Below, in pieces: positions 57,300-64,000 of a stretch of 64,000 nucleotides of DNA (the first letter of the stretch is position 1; the number at the start of each line of letters is the position of its first letter). The notes under the pieces are model-generated. The model saw nothing but the letters and a program-made list of their open reading frames with translations, made no database searches and had not been told where the DNA came from. A program made the position numbers and the translations under genes. This DNA is from Lytechinus pictus (Eukaryota), in NCBI RefSeq assembly GCF_037042905.1, contig NC_087245.1, forward strand, positions 3,102,001 to 3,166,000. The letters are read 5' to 3'.

Positions 57300-59431
57300 T
57301 TTATTTTCTTATTGGAGATTTGTTTTGCATATATTTGTTTAAGGGCAGTATAACTGAAGGATCAGTTGCATATCTAGGAATGTTTTCCCAAGCCTGTTGT
57401 CAGTGGCCCTGGGGGCATTTCAAAATATTTTTGTAACTTATGCATTAAATCAATTATTGCTGACCTTTAATGATGGGTGACCCATTTTATTCCTGAGATA
57501 CCCAATACTTCTGTTTGATCATAATTGTAATTAATTTCTTATAATTATTTTGAAAATAATAAACATTCCATTCAAATGCTTGTTAATAAGAAGAATTTTA
57601 ATTTTCAAAATGCATGAACCTTGCATTGCTATATGTATGTTTTTGCAGTTTATTAGCTTTTGATTGATATATGAGTTGTCAATATCACTTTTTGGTCAAG
57701 TCGGGGTCTTAAATGATCTGAAATTAATCTTTGTGGGAGATCTGATCCCTTCTAGACCAACATTTCTTGCCTAAAATGTATTGATACTTATATGATAGTC
57801 TACAAGTGGTATTTTCTGATGGTCACATAAATATTGATATTGACAATCTGTACAGTGGTTTTATCTAATTGGTATGACGAATGGTCACATAAACATTGAT
57901 ATTGCAATCAAATAAAGACCTCATCAAGGGATCAATATGCTCATTTTAATTGTCATTCATGTGCAAATACAGTTGTAGCCATCCTTCCTACATGGCGTTG
58001 TTCATTGTGTGTGTATATATAAAGACAGTAAACTCTTCATAAATCTTTTAGAAATTATTATTGAATTTTAACTCTAGCATTACCTCTCTATTTTTATCAC
58101 AATTTTTTTCATTGTCTAAATCTTTGATTTTATCAAAAGATGCTTACTGCATCAAATTTGTATTTGTAATCTTGTTAATACAAGAACTTCTTTTGACCCA
58201 CCACATTTTTATAATATATTCTCTATGTTTGTCCTTTGTTTATCCTTTGTATAAACATTATACATGACTATACTTGCTATGATGATTGTTTTTATGTTTT
58301 TATGGAAATGTGGAAATAACTTTGATTTTTTAATACATCATTGATCATTCAGATTAACTAAACTTAAGACTAATTAAAAATCAATTTTAAGAATAGTGCA
58401 TTAAAATGACTATTTTTAAAAGAAATTAATCTCTGTTGCTAAAGTAATTTAAGTTAGGAATATTAGAATGGATCACATATTCTTTCTTACATAAGGTGTT
58501 TTTTAATGTCATATGAAGTTAAAGTGCAGTATTACACCTTTCTATAATATGACTTTCAATTACGTAATCACGTCACGGCGCGATATCACGTATACCGTGC
58601 AAGGATATTAATCTGTTCTCAGTGACAATTTATGTTGTTAATGTTACGTAGTGATTTGTATTTCGTATTCACCAAATTGTTTGGTCACATAACCCAACAC
58701 TTTGTAGGTTATGGGGGTGTTTTTATGAATGTATGCAAAACGTGATAGCACCCTTTGACATGATTACTTGAGTAAATGTTGCAAGCTTTTGTATATCGAT
58801 AATGATTTTGAGTGATGCAAAATTGCAAATAGACATAATTGACATTGCTGGCTTGTACTCAGTTCATTTACCTACAACTTGTATTGAAAAAACTTGCAAA
58901 GAGTTGTGATGTAGGATTAAAACTGACCAATCATAGATAAATTTAAAACAAGCATGTTCAGAATAGAGACTATTTTGTTTTCAAATTTAATTAGACGTGG
59001 AATGAAGTAGAGGTAGTTGTTTAATTCCAGTACTGGGGTAGAGGCTTTCAAAGAATATATATCAATGAAATATAGTTCTTCTCTTACTTCCTTTCTTTCT
59101 TATTTAATGATTACAGTGTGTGTATTTGATGTATATGTTGTTTTAGTCAATTTAATTTGTTGTAAAGTTATCTTGAATTGTAGTAATTGTGAAGAGGAAT
59201 GCTGTTCAAAATTGAAGTATTTTTTACATGTTTAAAAATTGAACGACTGTGAGGATGACTTCTGTCTTGATAGAGTATGAATGCTAGTTGATATAGATAA
59301 TCTCAGTTTCATTTTTCCTACATGCATAGTATTGATTGAGAAAAGCTCTGTAAATCCTCACATTTTAATGGTAGTTATGCACATTAACTATTATTAGGAT
59401 AAAGGCAATTGATTTTTTTTCATAGACATCT

Positions 59432-59694
59432 TGTCAGTACGGGTAAGGCTTCCATACTTTGCCACTCTTGACCCAGGTGCTAAATGGGTACCCGGTAGGA
59501 TGGGAAAGCCTATGTAGTATGCCTAGCAGTTGAGTCTTGGAACTCTTGTTGGAATGCTCCCCAGGGAGTGGAGAAGGTGCATACATTGTATGCAGGCATG
59601 CAAGGATCCGATGACAGGGGTAATAATATGCTGTAAAGTGCTTTGGGCCATTATGGGAAAAGCGCTATATAAAAAATAGCTGTTATTCTTATTA
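59432..59694 (+). mobile_element. 5'-truncated SINE with an L2-like tail
   Basis: tttgccactcttgacccaggtgctaaatgggtacccggtagga core; tail aaagcgctatataaaaaatagctgttattcttatta. Confidence 0.75.
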
Positions 59695-60489
59695 CGGGTA
59701 CAAATCAATGCCCTTTGAACAAAGCATGTAACTTAGTGGTATCAAACTAATTTGGGTAGATTATTTTATTTTGTGTGTTCTTAATCAAATTTTATGCATT
59801 AAACCTGTTTGGAGATATATTAGATAAGGCAGCATGATATTATATTGATGTTTGTGGTACATATTTATCTTTTACATGAAATGTCACTTCTATTGTAGGG
59901 AAAGGTGATTTATGGAATATGACTTTTTCTTGACTACCCATTTCATCAAACTCTTTTGTTTTGCTGAAAGAAGTTCTGTGTTTGTCTTTGGATAGCAATG
60001 TTCTATTTTCTTTGTGTTATTTTTTTTAGAACTCTTTGATTATTTGTTCCTGTTTTTCAAGTATTATTGTGGTTTAATACTTAGAAGATGTAGTGAGTGT
60101 TAGTACATGTGTTTAAAAGTCAGAAATCAATAACAATGGATTTTTCTCGTTGATAGTATATTTCCCCCACATTTACTGTGGCCTATTTTCAGGGATAAAG
60201 ATTGTGTATTTAAAAATTAACATTTAATCTCTGAAGAAGAGCTCTCTGAAAATTTGAAGCAATTGAATTTTCATTTGCCACCAGTAAGGTATTACTGATA
60301 AGTTATTACATTATGTTTCTTTCTCCACATAAGGATTTGTTTGGAATTAAACTGTATTCAAGCATTTGATATCATGATGTAGGTTTACAGAGTGCCTTGT
60401 TTGTATATATTGCTACTTATAGAGGGTTATTTCCCATTAAACAAAGTTCAGTTGAATAAAAATTTTGTAATTAATATTTTTCAACCAGC

Positions 60490-60985
60490 AAATGCTCAAT
60501 CAAAATAAAATTCTAAGACTCGTAGGAGTATTCTATTCTACATAATTCAGTTCTTAACTTAACAAAGTTCAATTTATGTACGTAGTTCATTTGTTTTAAC
60601 GTAAATGAGAGACATGACATTTCCAACAAGCTACTGATAGTTTTGAAATAGGTAAATGGTGCACGTGTGATAAAATGGTAGATCAAAATGTTCAATAGTT
60701 CTTGGTCAAATGACATGCCCAAACGCTAGGACTGTTAGATATATAATTTACATAGTTGAATTGTTATAGTGAAAGTTTCTACAAGCTAAAAATGATTCTG
60801 AAATAGGTAAAGGGAACACATAATCAAATGCTTGATCAAAATGTTAATTCAATGCTCAATCAAGATTTATAGATATATTTCAATGTATATAGTTCAATTA
60901 TTAATTTAAATGAGCATCATGAAATTTCCAGCAAGCTAACAATCATTTTTAAATAGGTAAAGGGTGCATGTATGGTCAAATATCA
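60490..60985. repeat. Degenerate ~153-bp tandem repeat (3 units)
   Basis: caagcta...aaataggtaaa recurs at ~60646, 60801, 60951. Confidence 0.6.
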
Positions 60986-62611
60986 GTTAAACAAATAGAT
61001 AAAAATGCTGCTTCTCCTCTATTTCTCCTTTTGATTTCTATCAAAACTTTGCTATTCCGTATGTCTAAAATGGGTTCAAGGATGTAGCCATTAGTGAGTG
61101 GGTAAAAAGTCACATGTTCATTCTTTAATTCTACCCCACCTCCCAGCCAAGTATTTTTTGTGCAGCAATGTCCATATTGGGTGCATCATCTTCCCCAGAG
61201 TGTGTAAAAACTGAGACGCCATCTGAAATACTTGTTCTTTCAAAGGAAATGCATGCTGCCGGCGCTTACTTGTGCGCGAATACTAGACATGCCTGTGATG
61301 TCATAATGGAAAGCAGGTGCGACCTCTTCATCTGTGCAATCCTAAAAAAAATAGAGGGATTCGATATCCAATACAAATTTCTACTGCAAACATATTTTAT
61401 AAAACAAATAATGCACATTTTTGAATTTGTTATGTGTTAGTGTCGATGCAGGCACTTTGGTATTTCGCATATTGCGAATAACCTCTAGTCCGCTGCATTG
61501 CCATAACACACTCATAAATATGCATTATTTGTATAATACTTAGTTTGATCACGAGATATAATTGTCTCATATGTTGTTTGAATGTGCATTATTTGGTAGT
61601 TGCCAAAGGTCTTTTCGAAGTATACCTTGTTTTACTAGCCCATGTTTAAGAAAGTTTTCTGGAAAGAGTTAGGAATAACTTTATTTGGGAGGAACCTATA
61701 TTGCACTATGTGGGTGAATCTTTATATTTGAACCAATCTCGGTCACTCCCATCTTTTCAGTGATAATTCTCTAGCATTGTTGGCCTTTGTTTGCTGTTCT
61801 TGTGTCAACACCCATTCCATGGTATGGCATTTTTTCATCTTAGTTTTATTTTATACATCTGCTGTGCTAGCACATTTCACTCTAGGTTAGGATTTTAGTA
61901 ATAGGTCTTTCTTGACATCCAGAACATATACCTTATTCTTGACTGATATAGCAACAAGATATGTCTGCAAATTTGATTTTCAGTAATTTATTAATTACAG
62001 ACATGAAATTGAAAACTGTATTTTCCTGAATTTTGGACAGGTAGGTCAATAAGGTAAAATGATGTTAGTCTTTTGTAAGGGCTTGTTAAGACTAATTTAT
62101 TGACATGATCATGATGTGTTCACTCTTATAGATATATGTTTGATGCACCTTTTCACTATTATTGTGTCTGAATCTTCAAATTTGTATGTTGGTGAAATTG
62201 ACACAATTGTATTAAAATGGTATTTTTCAAGTAAAAAGTATATGCATTTGTGTAATATGTTTTTGGTATGTCTACCTTTATTCTACTCTCATTTACCCTT
62301 CCATTCCTATCCTTATCACTGTCTTTCTGTCTGTCTCTCTCTCTCTGCAGGTTGCTCTTTTTCACACAGAAGCACACACACTTATGATCATAAATATGAT
62401 CTGGAATGTCGCTAACTGGAATTTAACTCTGTTTCATTTGAATAGTGAAAGTGTGGTAAATAAAACAATGAAATATTGGAACATTTCTCCCTTTTATCTA
62501 GTACCTTTAAAGGTAAATTACATTGCCATTGACATGTTGAAGGATTCTGACTTTTACATTCAGGTCCTTTTACAATCAACTTTGAATTAGAGAAATCTTT
62601 GTCCACCAATG

Positions 62612-62785
62612 CAGGGGTGTGAGAGTTCAGATTTCTATCTGATTTCAGATTTTTTTTGTTTTGATTTTCAGCTTAATTTCAGCTTATTTTTGGCCTTCCT
62701 CTGTACAAAAAGTATGGGAGCTCTTTCTATTTCAGACTTTTTCAACACTCTTCAGCTTTTTTTTATTTGTGACCACTCACCCCTG
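62612..62785. mobile_element. 174-bp MITE with a 6-bp TSD
   Basis: ccaatg|caggggtgtgag ... ctcacccctg|ccaatg; internal ttcag(a/c)tt repeats. Confidence 0.75.
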
Positions 62786-64000
62786 CCAATGGAATGTCTA
62801 AGAATAGTTAATATGATTAATGGATGGTATTATTATTCTACTAATAATAGCTATGGTAATTATTATTTCATCGTGTCGGCTGTCACACCACGGTAAATGA
62901 TTAAGTATCGTTTTGAATATAGATGCTTTATCGGATTAGATATTATATTCATTATCTGTGGTGTGGTAAGCAGATAAAAGCATACATATGATGACGCACT
63001 TGGAATAGTTTATATTTTATTCACTTGCAACGCATCCGAGTACTGAAGGTTGGTGCCAAAAGTGGGGACGTTACGTTTTAGGTTTGCCCTTCCATTTAAC
63101 AAATTTTCGACCATTTTTTAGATAAGCTCAGAGGTATTGTTGATCTGATCACAGGGTATGTGTTTTTTTCTCCCCCTATTCCCGGCGTGTAAACATTTTT
63201 ATATTCTTCATTTATTGCTATAGATATCCAATTTAGGTTGAAGCATTCCACCACATGAACTTCAGGCTGGATGACAAGCTGATGATGGTAAATGTTCGAA
63301 GTAAAACGAGGCGGTGTTTTATGACTAAAAATCAGCTAGTACCGCAAAAGACAAGCTTGATTTTCAATATTTAGAAACAGAGGTCTACGATCAATCGATT
63401 GACTTTTTTTCGTGTGGAGAAAAAATATTCATAAATGGACGTGATCTATTCTTGCAACCCCCCCCCCCCTCCCGAATAGTCTCGATAATTTGCTGCACTG
63501 TATGTGTGTGTATGAGCAAGGGTATTTATGCGTTGAAAAAAGGTGAGGGTGTGCGTGTGTGTGTGATTGCTCGCGATTTGAAAATCATTCACAGACACAG
63601 TACAGAGCATCATCGTAATCTGAACGTGAGTTAATCCAGCTCGAGGTTAAATCGCTTTTTTTCGCTCTATGAGGGGTCGGGGGGTAAATTTAGAACGCGA
63701 CCCAAATTTTGACCAGTTCGTAGTTACTTCATGGACAATTTTGGTCAAATTACCTTTCATGTATTTTATTATGATAAGCAGATTTCAAACCAAGATATTA
63801 CGTAAGCATGCCTTACATAGCAGGATGAAGAAATTAAAAAGACCAGAGGACTAGAATAACCACCAATAAACACTCTATGAAGGTATTTGTTGCATTTCTA
63901 CTTTGAATGCATATTAGAGTATGTTGTAAAATGTACTTGGCAAACTGTAGAATACCATTCGTTCGTGGACGCATTGTTGTTTTTTGTGGAAAAACACAGT

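Noticed and set aside
63000..64000. Promoter or first exon of a neighbouring gene
   Set aside because: Slightly CpG-richer, with a minus-strand donor-like site near 63750, but no supportable ORF or motif.

Overview
This is an AT-rich animal genomic window. The repeat landscape suggests a marine invertebrate deuterostome such as a sea urchin, which is an inference. Most of the window is the 3' ~620 codons of a + strand MGAT5/GnT-V-type gene (GT18 alpha-1,6-mannosylglycoprotein 6-beta-N-acetylglucosaminyltransferase). It has 14 coding exons between 4564 and 54652. All introns are GT-AG with consistent phases, giving 1862 nt of open frame to TGA. The 5' exons (transmembrane/stem) lie upstream of the window. 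Introns and the 3' flank are full of non-autonomous transposons: a Tc1/mariner relic, Helentron-type elements with ~150-163 bp tandem units, Sola-like, PIF/Harbinger-like, TTAA-TSD MITEs, hAT/P-like elements, SINEs, a 21-bp minisatellite and several long-hairpin elements. No second intact protein-coding gene, CRISPR array or novel protein system is supported. The most unusual signals are: (i) about 40 copies of the palindrome TACATGTA, two of which are demonstrably CATGTA insertions at a TA when compared with paralogous repeat copies, as expected for Tc1/mariner excision footprints; (ii) a recurrent element architecture of a terminal long hairpin with a GAA/TTCG loop plus a short asymmetric inverted repeat; (iii) dense nuclear-receptor half-site clusters carried by a Helentron-type repeat; (iv) a 15.6-kb, TE-nested intron that appears to split an exon that is single in human MGAT5.
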